Source: an uncultured Bacteroidales bacterium | GTDB taxonomy: Bacteria; Bacteroidota; Bacteroidia; Bacteroidales; VadinHA17 | DNA length: 64,000 nt | Reading direction: 5' to 3' | NCBI GenBank assembly: GCA_963825165.1 | Contig: CAWGRY010000006.1 | Coordinates: 465,086-529,085, forward strand | In this document: one piece after another, positions 1 to 10,781 of the stretch | How the letters are laid out: the number at the start of each line of letters is the position of its first letter | How positions within the stretch are numbered: position 1 is the stretch's first letter | Position numbers and translations under genes: made by a program | Notes under the pieces: model-generated | Database searches by the model: none | Told to the model about the DNA's origin: nothing | Seen by the model: the letters and a program-made list of their open reading frames with translations, nothing else

Positions 1-1
1 G

Positions 2-676
2 AGTTTTTTCTTTCCAAGGCTGTGTCTTGCATGCAGTGAACATCTGGTGAGGGGGGAGAAAGTGCTCTGCACCGGTTGTCTTCTTTCAATGGCCAGAACG
101 GATTTTCACCTGAAGCGGAACAACACTCTTGAACAGGCTTTCTGGGGCAGATGCCTGGTTGAACGTGCTGCAGCCTTCTCAGTATATAACCGGGGAAGCA
201 GAATCAGGAAACTGATACATGCACTGAAGTATAACGGACGAACAGAGACTGGAAAAATGCTTGGGGAACTCTATGGTAATATCTTGAAAGATAGTGGCTT
301 CATGGTAGATATAGACATGATTGTTCCCGTACCGCTGCACCCTGCACGGCAGAGGAAGAGGGGTTACAACCAGAGTGACTATATAGCGTACGGGTTATCG
401 GAGGCCACGGGGGTGCCAGTGAAAAAAAACATCATCGGGCGCTCCGATCAGACCGGATCACAGACAAAACGCGGCAGGTACGAAAGATGGGAGAACGTTA
501 AAAGTCTATTTGTTGTCCCCGACCCGGAGGCTGTCACAGGAAATCATATCCTTGTAGTTGATGATGTCATTACAACGGGATCAACGATGGAAGCTTGCGT
601 CAATGCCCTGCATGAGGCAGGTGAGGTGAAGGTGAGTCTTGTGGCGCTGGCAGCAGCACAGAAGCTTACTCTTTGA
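2..676 (+). CDS. comF: ComF-family phosphoribosyltransferase-like protein, 5' end outside window
   Basis: Frame is open from base 2 (SFFFPRLCLACSEHLVRGEKVLCTGC, two CxxC); motifs VPVPLH..RGYNQS and VVDDVITTGST. Confidence 0.85.
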   Translation, partial: SFFFPRLCLACSEHLVRGEKVLCTGCLLSMARTDFHLKRNNTLEQAFWGRCLVERAAAFSVYNRGSRIRKLIHALKYNGRTETGKMLGELYGNILKDSGFMVDIDMIVPVPLHPARQRKRGYNQSDYIAYGLSEATGVPVKKNIIGRSDQTGSQTKRGRYERWENVKSLFVVPDPEAVTGNHILVVDDVITTGSTMEACVNALHEAGEVKVSLVALAAAQKLTL

Positions 677-1247
677 CCCTGGCGCTGTTGTTCCTGACAA
701 ATTCTTCCCAGCTCTTTGAACCCTTTGAGCCTCCTGAGTTCACTGAGGAAGCAGGTTTGCCGCTCTGGTAGAAATGGCAGAGTGCAGCACCCAGTGCGTC
801 AGTGGCATCGAGCAGGAGCTTCTTGTCATGGAATGAAAGTATGGTTCTCAGCATCGTGGCCACCTGCTCCTTGCTGGCCTGACCGTGGCCTGTGATAGAC
901 ATCTTGATCATCCTGGGCGCGTACTCGGCGACGGGGAGATCACGGTAAAGAGCTGCTGATATGGCCGCCCCCTGAGCCCTCCCCAGCTTAAGCATGCTCT
1001 GTATGTTCTTCCCGAAGAAAGGAGCCTCAATGGCAAATTCATCGGGATGGTAACGGTCAATGAGCGCCAGGGTCTCTTCAAAGACGGCGCGTATCTTCTG
1101 AAAATGGTCCGTTTTCTTCCTGAGGTCTATAATACCCAGTGTAATAAGAGAAGGGGTCTTGCCGGTCACACTTATAAGGCCGTAACCCGTGATGGTGGTA
1201 CCGGGGTCGATGCCCAGGATGATCTTTTCACCCCTGACTTCTTTCAC
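666..1247 (-). CDS. ruvC: Holliday junction resolvase RuvC
   Basis: ILGIDPGT..TGYG, AIEAPFF, G.A.KEQV, DATDAL acidic motifs. Confidence 0.95.
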   Translation of the reverse strand: MKEVRGEKIILGIDPGTTITGYGLISVTGKTPSLITLGIIDLRKKTDHFQKIRAVFEETLALIDRYHPDEFAIEAPFFGKNIQSMLKLGRAQGAAISAALYRDLPVAEYAPRMIKMSITGHGQASKEQVATMLRTILSFHDKKLLLDATDALGAALCHFYQSGKPASSVNSGGSKGSKSWEEFVRNNSARVKE

Positions 1248-2590
1248 TTACTGAATGATTTCGGAGGGCCGAGATAGAGATTGTCAGGCAGCTGGTTTCC
1301 TTCACTGCGAATGATGGTACGCCTGAACGGACCTGCCGGAGCGGCTTTCGTACCACTGAGTATGGCAATGGCGGCTTTCAGCGATGCCTCTTCCGGATCA
1401 CCGAAGTCATGCGTGATATCGTCAATGGCTTTCAGATCAGGTTCCATTCCTTCATAGAAGCCTCCGTAGTCAACCGAGTTCACATACTCAAAGGTAATTG
1501 GTGCGAAAACATATTTATAATCGGGCTGATCGGTGCTGGTTCTCGGAAAGGGAAAACCCCACAGATTCATCCCTGCAGGCTTACCATGGGTGGTATCACC
1601 TACCAGATATACCTGAATATATGGCTCCAGGCTGTTGATGACAACCTCGCTGGCTGATGCAGAGTTTCTCGTAGTGATGAAAACCACACGGTCAAGGCCC
1701 AGAGGACTCGCGGTTCTGACGAAATTAAAGCTCTCATTCCAATCAGCACTGACGGTGCTGTTATATTTCAGCTTGTAGCATACTTTTGTTGTATCAGCCC
1801 TTTCCAGCACAAGGCTGGCAAGCTGCTGGGCTATGTTCATATAACCACCGCCGTTGTAACGGAGGTCTATTATAAGGTCAGAGACATTATTGGCTTTAAA
1901 ATCGGCGAAAGCTGCATTCAGCTCTGCCTCGGAGGGCTCGATAAAGGTTTCAAAACAGAGATAACCCGTTTTGCCGCTGGAAAGATCAAGTACAGTAGCC
2001 GCGGTTACAGAGTTGATAATCATTTCTTTCTTGGTCGAGCTGTATGTCACCTCAGTGCCATCGGGTCTGACGAAGAGAAATGTATTGGTTACTCCGGCTG
2101 CTGACGCACCCATAAGGGCATTATATTCCGCAGCATTCGAAAATACAGGGGCCAGAAGGGTCCCGTTCACCGCTTTTACGATCCATCCTCTTCTGACCCC
2201 CTTTGGCCAGAGATCGGATGCTGTATAGAGACTGACAACCCTGACATTGTTTGCATCGTCAAGTCCCATTCTGATGCCATGGCCCACAAAACTGCCTTCC
2301 ATTGATGCCATAAAGTCATCATAGTCTGCAACAAAACTCCACCTGTCTTTCGGCAAATATCTCATGTCTTCAAGAAGATCCCCGGGACTGTCGTAATCCG
2401 AAACCTTTACTGTCGGTATTTTATCATTCCACAGGTACATGATATCCATGAGTTCATACAGGCCGTCGCGGGCTCTTTCGGCAAGGGTGAGCCCTTCGAC
2501 AGGATCCGGTCCGGGATCTTTCTTACAACCGCTCAACAGTGGAATAATAAGTGCTGTTATCAATAATATTTTTTTCATTTTCAGTTTCAT
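1244..2590 (-). CDS. S41-family peptidase lipoprotein (PDZ-like plus catalytic domain); true start may be 2578
   Basis: Lipobox LLSGC, DLRYNGGG, SASASE, VGDTTHGK. Confidence 0.9.
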   Translation of the reverse strand: MKLKMKKILLITALIIPLLSGCKKDPGPDPVEGLTLAERARDGLYELMDIMYLWNDKIPTVKVSDYDSPGDLLEDMRYLPKDRWSFVADYDDFMASMEGSFVGHGIRMGLDDANNVRVVSLYTASDLWPKGVRRGWIVKAVNGTLLAPVFSNAAEYNALMGASAAGVTNTFLFVRPDGTEVTYSSTKKEMIINSVTAATVLDLSSGKTGYLCFETFIEPSEAELNAAFADFKANNVSDLIIDLRYNGGGYMNIAQQLASLVLERADTTKVCYKLKYNSTVSADWNESFNFVRTASPLGLDRVVFITTRNSASASEVVINSLEPYIQVYLVGDTTHGKPAGMNLWGFPFPRTSTDQPDYKYVFAPITFEYVNSVDYGGFYEGMEPDLKAIDDITHDFGDPEEASLKAAIAILSGTKAAPAGPFRRTIIRSEGNQLPDNLYLGPPKSFSK

Positions 2591-2620
2591 TTCAGCACAA
2601 AAGTAACAAAAAATATGCCG

Positions 2621-3511
2621 TTATAGTTCGGTCTTCTGTCTCCTGTTCTGGAAAAGAACACTTCCGATGATGATCATGAGACCAATGGGGGTGGTATAAT
2701 ATACCGGTTCGCCGATAATGAAATGCAACAGTATCAGCGATATAAACGGTGCGAAAAAGATCAGGTTGCTAATTTTATCGGAGGTTGCTGCCAGCTGGAG
2801 CGCCCGGAGCCACAGCCAGAAGGTAATGCCCATCTCAAATATGCCGATATAAACCGACGCAGCTGCTCCGCTGAAGCTAATTGCCTCATGAAACGATCCG
2901 TTGATGGCCATGGCAATTATCATATAGACAGAGCCGAAGACGAAGTTGGCGAAGAGCTTCACGGCCTCATCACGGCTGTCACGTACGTTCAGGACGAAAT
3001 ACAGTGCCCACAGTACACCGCTGACCAGGGCCAGGGTCACTCCGAGTGCATCTGACCTGCCGGGGCTGAGAGGAGCACCCTGTGAAGCTATGATATATAC
3101 TCCTGCAAGGCTGATCAAAAGCGCTGCAAAACTCCTGGCAGGGATGCGCTGATGCAGGATCGGCATGGAAAGGAAGACGAGGATGACAGGCCAGATCATG
3201 TTCACGGGCTGGGCTACCTGCCCGGGCAGCCGGCTGTAGGCTGTGAGAAGCATAAGGTAATAGAGGACGGGATTGATGAGACCAAGGAGGGCTGACCATA
3301 GTATCTCCTGCCGGCTCATTTTCCCGAGGAGCTTAATCTTTCCCGTGGCAGCCAGAATAATGAAGAGCACAAGCATTGACACCAGTGTGGCAAAGCCAAG
3401 CATGGATACAATGCTTAATTCCGAGAGGGCTATCTTGAATGCAGTAGGAATGGTTCCCCACAGAATGACCGAAAGAGCCGCATAAATATATGCCTGTGAG
3501 CTCTTCTTCAT
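2621..3511 (-). CDS. DMT/EamA-family permease
   Basis: About 10 hydrophobic helices in two repeats, LWG motif, 296 aa. Confidence 0.85.
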   Translation of the reverse strand: MKKSSQAYIYAALSVILWGTIPTAFKIALSELSIVSMLGFATLVSMLVLFIILAATGKIKLLGKMSRQEILWSALLGLINPVLYYLMLLTAYSRLPGQVAQPVNMIWPVILVFLSMPILHQRIPARSFAALLISLAGVYIIASQGAPLSPGRSDALGVTLALVSGVLWALYFVLNVRDSRDEAVKLFANFVFGSVYMIIAMAINGSFHEAISFSGAAASVYIGIFEMGITFWLWLRALQLAATSDKISNLIFFAPFISLILLHFIIGEPVYYTTPIGLMIIIGSVLFQNRRQKTEL

Positions 3512-3515
3512 CCTC

Positions 3516-4790
3516 TCAGCTGATCAGCTCAAAGCCGGTATACGGAATCAATACGGCGGGTATCTTTATGCCTTCGGCGGTCTGGTTGTTCTCAAGCAGT
3601 GCAGCTACGATACGCGGCAGCGCCAGTGCGCTCCCGTTGAGTGTGTGGCAGAGAGTGGTCTGTTTTGCTCCTTTCTCCCGGAAACGGCATTTAAGCCTGT
3701 TAGCCTGGAAGGACTCGAAGTTCGATGTTGAGCTCACCTCCAGCCAGCGCTGCTGTGCTGCGGAATATACCTCAAAGTCGTACGTCATCGCCGAAGTGAA
3801 TGACATATCACCTCCGCACAGTCTTACAATGCGGTAGGGCAGTTCAAGCCTGACAAGGAGGCTCTCGACATGTTTTACCATGTCTTCAAGAGATTCGTAT
3901 GATGTGTCAGGGTGAGCAATCTGCACGATTTCCACTTTGTCAAACTGATGCAGCCTGTTCAGCCCCCTGACATGTGCTCCCCACGAGCCTGCCTCACGGC
4001 GGAAACACGGGGTGTATCCCACGTTACGTACCGGGAGGTCAGCAGCGTCAAGGATCACGTCACGGTATATGTTGGTTATCGGAACTTCCGCTGTAGGTAT
4101 CATATAAAGGTTATCGATGCCCACATAATACATTTGTCCCTCTTTATCGGGCAGCTGTCCGGTACCGAACCCGGAATCTTCATTTACCACTATCGGCGGT
4201 TCGATCTCACGATAGCCTGCTTTGCCGGCTTCATCGAGGAAGAAGTTAATCAGTGCTCTCTGCAGCCTGGCTCCTTTACCTTTATAGACCGGGAATCCGG
4301 CTCCTGTGATCTTTATTCCCAGGTCAAAGTCAATGATATCATATTTTTTTATCAGGTCCCAGTGAGGCATTGCATCAGCCTGAAGCTGAGGCAGGTGTCC
4401 GCCGCTGCGCACAATGACATTATCCTCAGCGCTTTTACCCGGAGCGACCAGAGGGTGGGGGAGGTTGGGGAGACTGATGAGCTCCTTTTGCATTTCTTCG
4501 CTGACCTGATCGAGGGTTTCAGTAAGCTGTTTCTGCTTCTCCTTCATGGTGCCGATACCTTTCTTGGCGGTCTCCGCCTCATCTTTTCTGCCTTCCTTCA
4601 TCATTGATCCGATCTCTCTTGAGAGACTGTTAAGATCCGCCTGGATTGCATCACTCTCAGCCTGCATCTCACGGCGACGGCGGTCAAGATCAAGAACACG
4701 GTTAACAATCGCGGTTGCATCGAAGTTTTTGACTTTCAGCCTGTCGATGACAGTGGATGATTGTTCGCGAAGAAGGTTAATGTTGAGCAT
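3516..4790 (-). CDS. serS: seryl-tRNA synthetase
   Basis: N-terminal coiled coil, PTAEVP, CFRREAG, RLHQFDKVE, HTLNGS. Confidence 0.97.
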   Translation of the reverse strand: MLNINLLREQSSTVIDRLKVKNFDATAIVNRVLDLDRRRREMQAESDAIQADLNSLSREIGSMMKEGRKDEAETAKKGIGTMKEKQKQLTETLDQVSEEMQKELISLPNLPHPLVAPGKSAEDNVIVRSGGHLPQLQADAMPHWDLIKKYDIIDFDLGIKITGAGFPVYKGKGARLQRALINFFLDEAGKAGYREIEPPIVVNEDSGFGTGQLPDKEGQMYYVGIDNLYMIPTAEVPITNIYRDVILDAADLPVRNVGYTPCFRREAGSWGAHVRGLNRLHQFDKVEIVQIAHPDTSYESLEDMVKHVESLLVRLELPYRIVRLCGGDMSFTSAMTYDFEVYSAAQQRWLEVSSTSNFESFQANRLKCRFREKGAKQTTLCHTLNGSALALPRIVAALLENNQTAEGIKIPAVLIPYTGFELIS

Positions 4791-4832
4791 AAGAACAGTA
4801 TTATTACCGCAAAAGCGGGATAAAATTAAAAT

Positions 4833-4876
4833 AAAAACTCCTGAAAAGATGCGCTTCAGCGTATATTTTCAGGAGT
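4833..4876 (-). terminator. intrinsic terminator after rpmA
   Basis: ACTCCTGAAAA...TTTTCAGGAGT stem followed by a T-run on the minus strand. Confidence 0.65.
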
Positions 4877-4898
4877 AATGATCTGAAGTGATTATCAC

Positions 4899-5159
4899 TT
4901 ATACTGCAACGGGTTTTACCGATACGTATGATTTGTTGTCACTTTTCTTTTTGAACTCGATGGTTCCGTCGACCAGGGCAAAAAGAGTATGATCTTTACC
5001 TATACCGACGTTCTCGCCCGGGTTGTGAACAGTGCCGCGCTGGCGTATGATGATGCCGCCGGCCTTTACTTCCTGGCCGCCGAAGAGTTTGACTCCAAGT
5101 CGTTTGCTTTGTGATTCGCGGCCGTTATGAGAACTGCCGGCTCCTTTCTTGTGTGCCAT
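4899..5159 (-). CDS. rpmA: 50S ribosomal protein L27
   Basis: [22 protein letters not shown]. Confidence 0.98.
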   Translation of the reverse strand: MAHKKGAGSSHNGRESQSKRLGVKLFGGQEVKAGGIIIRQRGTVHNPGENVGIGKDHTLFALVDGTIEFKKKSDNKSYVSVKPVAV

Positions 5160-5185
5160 ATCCTGTGATTTTTACTTTTAAACGG

Positions 5186-5704
5186 TTATTTTTTTGCCGG
5201 TTTCTTCGTCTTTTCTGCCGGTGCCTTTTTCTCAGCTGCCTTTTTTACAGCCGGTGCCTTTTTCTCAGCAGGCTTCTTTTCAGCAGCCTTTTTTGCGGGA
5301 GCCTTCTTCGTTTCTGCCTTTGTCTCTTCAACTGCAGGGGCTTCAACTACTTTCTTCTCCGGTTTCGGCGCAGCTTTTTTCCTGGGGGCGTCTTTCGGCC
5401 CGATAGACAGGATCTCGACTTCGGTAAAATCCTGACGGTGTCCTGATCTCTTCTGGTATCCTTTTCTCCTCTTCTTCTTGAAGATTATCACCTTGTCACC
5501 TCTTGCATGACCGAGAACCGTGGCTTCAACAACGGTATCTGTGATGACAGGTTCGCCAATGGAGATTGCTCCGTCATTATCAATAAGGAGAACCTTTTCA
5601 AATACAACATTCTCGCCTTCAGATACGTCCATACGATGAACGAAGATCTTTTTTCCTTCTTCCACCTTGAACTGCTGACCGGCAATTTCTACGATTGCGT
5701 ACAT
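5186..5704 (-). CDS. rplU: 50S ribosomal protein L21 with Lys/Ala/Pro-rich C-terminal extension
   Basis: MYAIVEIAGQQFKV, KKKRRKGYQKRSGHRQ; ATG at 5704. Confidence 0.97.
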   Translation of the reverse strand: MYAIVEIAGQQFKVEEGKKIFVHRMDVSEGENVVFEKVLLIDNDGAISIGEPVITDTVVEATVLGHARGDKVIIFKKKRRKGYQKRSGHRQDFTEVEILSIGPKDAPRKKAAPKPEKKVVEAPAVEETKAETKKAPAKKAAEKKPAEKKAPAVKKAAEKKAPAEKTKKPAKK

Positions 5705-5797
5705 TTTCAATCAATCTTATGTTACTCCGTGAGGCGGCCTTGCTCCTCTGTGCATGACACTTCTGCGGGCCCCGCCGGATCTTTGTTTTTCGGACTG

Positions 5798-5827
5798 CAA
5801 AGATATAAAAATTAACTTATTTACAAA
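5798..5827 (-). promoter_or_regulatory. Bacteroidota sigma-A promoter of rplU-rpmA
   Basis: -7 TATCTTTG (5805-5798) and -33 TTTG (5827-5824), 18-nt spacer. Confidence 0.7.
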
Positions 5828-5947
5828 TCTCTGATATGAATTTATCACCAATAAACTGTGGATAAAAATTTTCAACCTTGGAAAGATAAAGATTCATATT
5901 ATATATATTTGTCTTATCGGCCTGTCGGGCAGAAAACCAGAGTTACT

Positions 5948-6553
5948 ATGCAGAATAATCTTATTCGTCTGAAGGTCATAGGTATTTCGTACAGTCAGAC
6001 ACAGTCCGGGGCTTATGCTTTAATCCTGGCGGAAGAGAACGGTGAGCGCCGGGTACCAATAATTATCGGAGGTTTTGAGGCCCAGGCAATCGTGATCAAG
6101 CTTGAGAATCTCGAACCGCCAAGACCGCTGACACACGATCTTTTCAAGAGCTTCGCGGAAGCCTGTGGTGTAACGGTCGAGCAGGTACTGATCAATAAGT
6201 TGCGTGAGGGTATATTTTACTCCGAGATCGTCTGCACTGACGGTGAGAATCGCTTTCAGATTGATTCGCGCACATCAGATGCTGTAGCCCTGGCCCTGAG
6301 ATTTGAATGTCCTATATTCATTGATGCACAGATACTTAATGAAGCCGGCATTGTCATGAGCGCCACAACCGAGGAAGAGCAGAAACAGGGTGGTGTAACC
6401 CCGCAGAAGAAAGGCCCTCCCGCCGCGAGCGAGTACGGTGAATTCACTGCGGATGAGCTGAAAGATATGCTCACCGACGCCATTTCCCGGGAGGATTATG
6501 AGCAGGCTGCCGCCATACGTGATGAAATGGCCAGGAGAAAAGAGAAGGAATAA
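5948..6553 (+). CDS. bifunctional nuclease (DUF151) family protein with C-terminal UvrB/UvrC motif
   Basis: PIIIGGFEAQAI, PPRPLTHDL, DSRTSDAVALA, EDYEQAAAIRDE; ATG at 5948 preferred to GTG at 5858. Confidence 0.9.
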   Translation: MQNNLIRLKVIGISYSQTQSGAYALILAEENGERRVPIIIGGFEAQAIVIKLENLEPPRPLTHDLFKSFAEACGVTVEQVLINKLREGIFYSEIVCTDGENRFQIDSRTSDAVALALRFECPIFIDAQILNEAGIVMSATTEEEQKQGGVTPQKKGPPAASEYGEFTADELKDMLTDAISREDYEQAAAIRDEMARRKEKE

Positions 6554-6567
6554 AACAATCATGCCAA

Positions 6568-8523
6568 ATGAGGATTTTTAACATTTTACTGGTGACGGGG
6601 CTGATGATTTCATACCCTGTACTCTCAAAGGATTATACGGTCAAATCTCCGGATAACAAGATCATGCTGACAGTTCAGGCCGGAGATGAGATCAATATTA
6701 GTGTAAGCTATGAGGGGAAAACTCTGATAACAGACCTTAAGCCGGCACTGCTGGTTGACGGAGCTGAACTGCCCGGACTAAAACCCGGTCAGCCCAAAGG
6801 CATACTTACCAGTTTGACCGATACGCTCAGACCGGTAATACCACATAAGAACAAAATTATTCTTGACAAATACAACAGGCTCAGTCTCCGTTTTAAAAAC
6901 GGATGCTCACTTGTTTTCCGGGTATATGACGACGGTGTTGCTTACAGGTTCACCACTGCGCTCAAAGGCAATATAACTGTCACGCATGAGCGGTTTGCAT
7001 TCTCTCTGCCTGCCGGCACCACTTCATGGTACCCTCTTGAAAATGGCTTTATGTCTCATAATGAACAGAAATTCATGCTGTCATCAATGGACACAATAGG
7101 GCAGAAGCATCTTGCCAGTCTCCCGACGCTGTTTATGACAGACGGCATCGACATCCTGCTGACCGAAGCTGACATAAGTGATTACCCGGGCATGTGGATC
7201 ACCGGTGACGGCAAAGGAGGTGTCAAAGGTACTTTCCCTGCATATCCGGCTGCCGAAAAATTAGAGAGAGATCGTGATGTTTTTGTGACAGAACGGGAGG
7301 ATTATATTGCAAAGACGACCGGCACACGCTCATTTCCGTGGCGTGCCTTCATTATCACTCCCGATGATGCCGGGCTGGTTGAGAGCGAGATGGTCTACAA
7401 ACTTGGCGCACCCCCCGCACCCGGTTCTGACTTCAGCTGGGTGAAGCCGGGCAAGGTGGCATGGGACTGGTATAACGCCAATAACCTCTATGGCGTCGAT
7501 TTCAAGGATGGCCTGAACAATGAAACTTATAAATACTACATCGATTTTGCGTCGGAGAACGGAATAGAATATGTGATCCTTGATGAAGGCTGGTATAACC
7601 TGGGTGATGTGCTTGATGTGGCTGAGGATTTTGACGTGAAGGCGCTGTGTGATTATGCGGCCGGAAAGAATGTAGGCATAATTCTGTGGGTGGTATGGAA
7701 GACTTTTTATGATAAGATGGATGAAGCGCTTACACAGTATGAAAAGTGGGGAGTGAAAGGCATCAAGGTCGATTTCATGCAGCGTGATGACCAATGGATG
7801 GTCAATTATTATCATGAGGTTGCAGAAAAGGCAGCAAAACACAGGATGCTGGTTGATTTTCACGGCTCCTACAAGCCTGATGGCATGGAGCGCACCTGGC
7901 CAAACGCAATCACCCGCGAGGGAGTAAAAGGGCTTGAAAACAACAAGTGGAGCTACGACGTCTCCCCGGAGCATGATCTTTTGCTGCCCTTCACACGCAT
8001 GGTTGCAGGGCCGATGGATTATACTCCGGGTGCAATGATCAACAAGCAGAAGCGCGACTTCACGCCGGTGTTTTACAGGCCGGCAAGCCAGGGCACCAGG
8101 GTACACCAGATGGCTATGTATGTTGTGTATGAGAGTCCGCTTCAGATGCTGGCTGACAGTCCGGCAAACTATAAGCGCAACCAGGAGTGCACAACTTTCA
8201 TTGCCGGGGTGCCGGTCACATGGGATGAGACCAGGGTGCTGGCAGCGAAAACGGGCGACTACATACTAATTGCCCGCAGGAAAAATGAGGTGTGGTACCT
8301 TGCCGCCATGACCGACTGGGATGAACGCACACTCGAGGTGGATCTTTCATTCCTGCCGGGAGGGAATTACACCCTGGAGATATTCAGAGACGGCATCAAT
8401 GCCGACCATCACGGCGAGGACTATAAGCATTTTTCAATTGATTCCGGAGCTACAGGGCGGATGGAATTAAGTATGGCAGCCGGAGGCGGATGGGTGGCAA
8501 AAATAACACGTAAAGAGAATTAA
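6568..8523 (+). CDS. GH97 glycoside hydrolase, probably the retaining (Asp nucleophile) subgroup
   Basis: Signal peptide, SWVKPGKVAWDW, ILDEGW, GIKVDF, GPMDYTPG, ESPLQMLADSP. Confidence 0.92.
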   Translation: MRIFNILLVTGLMISYPVLSKDYTVKSPDNKIMLTVQAGDEINISVSYEGKTLITDLKPALLVDGAELPGLKPGQPKGILTSLTDTLRPVIPHKNKIILDKYNRLSLRFKNGCSLVFRVYDDGVAYRFTTALKGNITVTHERFAFSLPAGTTSWYPLENGFMSHNEQKFMLSSMDTIGQKHLASLPTLFMTDGIDILLTEADISDYPGMWITGDGKGGVKGTFPAYPAAEKLERDRDVFVTEREDYIAKTTGTRSFPWRAFIITPDDAGLVESEMVYKLGAPPAPGSDFSWVKPGKVAWDWYNANNLYGVDFKDGLNNETYKYYIDFASENGIEYVILDEGWYNLGDVLDVAEDFDVKALCDYAAGKNVGIILWVVWKTFYDKMDEALTQYEKWGVKGIKVDFMQRDDQWMVNYYHEVAEKAAKHRMLVDFHGSYKPDGMERTWPNAITREGVKGLENNKWSYDVSPEHDLLLPFTRMVAGPMDYTPGAMINKQKRDFTPVFYRPASQGTRVHQMAMYVVYESPLQMLADSPANYKRNQECTTFIAGVPVTWDETRVLAAKTGDYILIARRKNEVWYLAAMTDWDERTLEVDLSFLPGGNYTLEIFRDGINADHHGEDYKHFSIDSGATGRMELSMAAGGGWVAKITRKEN

Positions 8524-8538
8524 GCTGCATATTCTTCG

Positions 8539-9333
8539 ATGAAGCAATATATTGATCTGCTGAGCCATGTCATGGAGCATGGCGTTGAAAAGAAAGACCG
8601 TACGGGTACAGGAACCATAAGCGTATTTGGTTACCAGATGCGTTTTGACCTGGCGGGGAGCTTCCCCGTGATGACTACCAAGAAGCTGCATCTCAAATCG
8701 ATCATTCATGAGCTGCTCTGGTTTCTCAGCGGAAGCACCAATGTAAAGTACCTGCAGGAAAACGGCGTAAAGATATGGAATGAGTGGGCGGATGCCGACG
8801 GTAACCTGGGCCCGGTATATGGATATCAGTGGCGTTCATGGCCGGCATCTGACGGGCGGCATGTTGACCAGATAAGCGCTGTGGTAAGGTCACTGAAGGA
8901 GAGCCCCGATTCGCGACGTCATATTGTCAACGCATGGAATGTGGGCGAGATCGAAAAAATGGCGCTGCCTCCATGCCATGTTTTATTCCAGTTTTATGTG
9001 GCTGATGGCAGGCTATCGTGCCAGCTCTACCAGCGCAGCGCTGACATTTTTCTCGGCGTGCCTTTCAACATTGCCTCTTACGCACTCCTGACACTGATGA
9101 TGGCACAGGTCACCGGCTATAAACCGGGAGAGTTCGTCCATACATTCGGCGACGCACATATATACCTTAATCATGTTGACCAGGTCAGGCTTCAGCTTAC
9201 GCGTGAGCCACGCCCGCTACCCATGATGATGATTAATCCGGAGGTCAGGGATATTTTTTCTTTCAAATACGATGACTTCACATTAACGGGCTACGACCCT
9301 CACCCTGCCATAAAGGGAGAAATATCTGTCTGA
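8539..9333 (+). CDS. thyA: thymidylate synthase
   Basis: [31 protein letters not shown]. Confidence 0.98.
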   Translation: MKQYIDLLSHVMEHGVEKKDRTGTGTISVFGYQMRFDLAGSFPVMTTKKLHLKSIIHELLWFLSGSTNVKYLQENGVKIWNEWADADGNLGPVYGYQWRSWPASDGRHVDQISAVVRSLKESPDSRRHIVNAWNVGEIEKMALPPCHVLFQFYVADGRLSCQLYQRSADIFLGVPFNIASYALLTLMMAQVTGYKPGEFVHTFGDAHIYLNHVDQVRLQLTREPRPLPMMMINPEVRDIFSFKYDDFTLTGYDPHPAIKGEISV

Positions 9334-9334
9334 G

Positions 9335-9823
9335 ATGATAACAATAATTGTAGCAACAGACCGCAATAACGGCATAGGTTATAAGAACAGGCTGCTGGCC
9401 CACATCCCCGGTGACCTCAAACGGTTCAAACAAATAACCATGGGTCATTGTCTCATTATGGGCAAGAAGACATGGGAATCTCTCCCGCATAAACCCCTCT
9501 CAGGCAGGAAAAACATTGTCCTGACAGACAATGAACTTGACTGTTTCGAATGTGCTGAGACTGCCAGGTCGGTGGATCAGGCTATAGGATTCTGTGACCC
9601 CGGAAAAGAGATCTTCATAATAGGGGGAGGTTCCGTTTACAGGCAGTTCATGCCACTTGCCGGAAGGTTACTGGTGACTCATCTGCATAAAGAATTCAAA
9701 TCGGATACGTTTTTTCCTGAAATTGATCCCAGTGAATGGTATGTTACTGAAAAAGAGGAACATATCTCCGAAGAAAAGGACGGGATCAGCTTTACCTACA
9801 CGACTTATCTGCGCCGGAAGTAA
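9335..9823 (+). CDS. folA: dihydrofolate reductase
   Basis: IMGKKTWESL, PL.GRKNIVL, IIGGGSVY, DTFFP; follows thyA. Confidence 0.96.
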   Translation: MITIIVATDRNNGIGYKNRLLAHIPGDLKRFKQITMGHCLIMGKKTWESLPHKPLSGRKNIVLTDNELDCFECAETARSVDQAIGFCDPGKEIFIIGGGSVYRQFMPLAGRLLVTHLHKEFKSDTFFPEIDPSEWYVTEKEEHISEEKDGISFTYTTYLRRK

Positions 9824-9911
9824 CTTTTTCCCGGGTTTTCCGTTAAACCTTTCAATTGTTCTGCAGTCTATGTGATACAGAATGTAATTGAACAATTAAA
9901 CAAACCCGGTT

Positions 9912-10763
9912 ATGAAAGCAAAATTTCTTTACCTTATTATGATCCTCCTGGGTGTCATGGTTTCATCATGCCAGAAGTCTGCCCCGTTGGAGGATTCAAG
10001 CATCGAAGCGGCTGATGATGCCGTACTGGCAGAAGCGGTTTTTGATGACGCATTTGCTTCACTTGAGATTGCCACGGTAATGGCTGAGAACATGAAGAAG
10101 TCAGGCTCGGTTGTTGACTCCTGTCCTCTGGTCACGGCTACTTTTACTGAACAGACCCTCTGGCCTGTGAATGTTGTGATTGACTACGGCACCGGTTGTA
10201 CCGGTCTGAATGATGTGGTACGCAGTGGCAAGATCATTCTCAATCTTTCGGCACCGAGGCAGGAGGTACAGTCGGAAAGAACGCTCACTTTTGACAACTA
10301 TTATGTTAATGGCGCCAGGGTGGAAGGAACATTCGTCGTAACGAACACAGGCCTCAACAATAACGCCAACGTCGTCTTTTCTGTAGTGCTTACCGGCGGT
10401 AAGATCACCTTCAGTGACGGCAAGTTCATTGAGCGTGAATTTGAACGTATGAGGGAGTATATTGCGGGCTACCTGACCTGGTGGAACCCGTGGGATGACA
10501 AGTGCCTCATAACAGGAACAGCCTCAGGGGTAAATCTTAATGGTGTTGGATTTGATCTTTCCGTGACCGATGCCCTGCAATGGGAAGCAGCCTGCAGGTT
10601 CTTCGTAAGCGGTACCGTCAAAATTGAAATTGACGGAATAGAGCCCTTTGATCTTGACTACGGTACAGGTGAGTGCGATGCATTGGCAACACTCAGGAGA
10701 GGTGAAGATACCAGGGAGATAACTCTCGGGTTCTGGCATCCGAAATATCATCCCGGAAATTAG
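9912..10763 (+). CDS. hypothetical beta-rich lipoprotein
   Basis: Lipobox VSSC; Cys-containing motifs CP...IDYGTGC and DYGTGECD. Confidence 0.75.
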   Translation: MKAKFLYLIMILLGVMVSSCQKSAPLEDSSIEAADDAVLAEAVFDDAFASLEIATVMAENMKKSGSVVDSCPLVTATFTEQTLWPVNVVIDYGTGCTGLNDVVRSGKIILNLSAPRQEVQSERTLTFDNYYVNGARVEGTFVVTNTGLNNNANVVFSVVLTGGKITFSDGKFIEREFERMREYIAGYLTWWNPWDDKCLITGTASGVNLNGVGFDLSVTDALQWEAACRFFVSGTVKIEIDGIEPFDLDYGTGECDALATLRRGEDTREITLGFWHPKYHPGN

Positions 10764-10781
10764 ATTGCAATGTCTGCGAAT

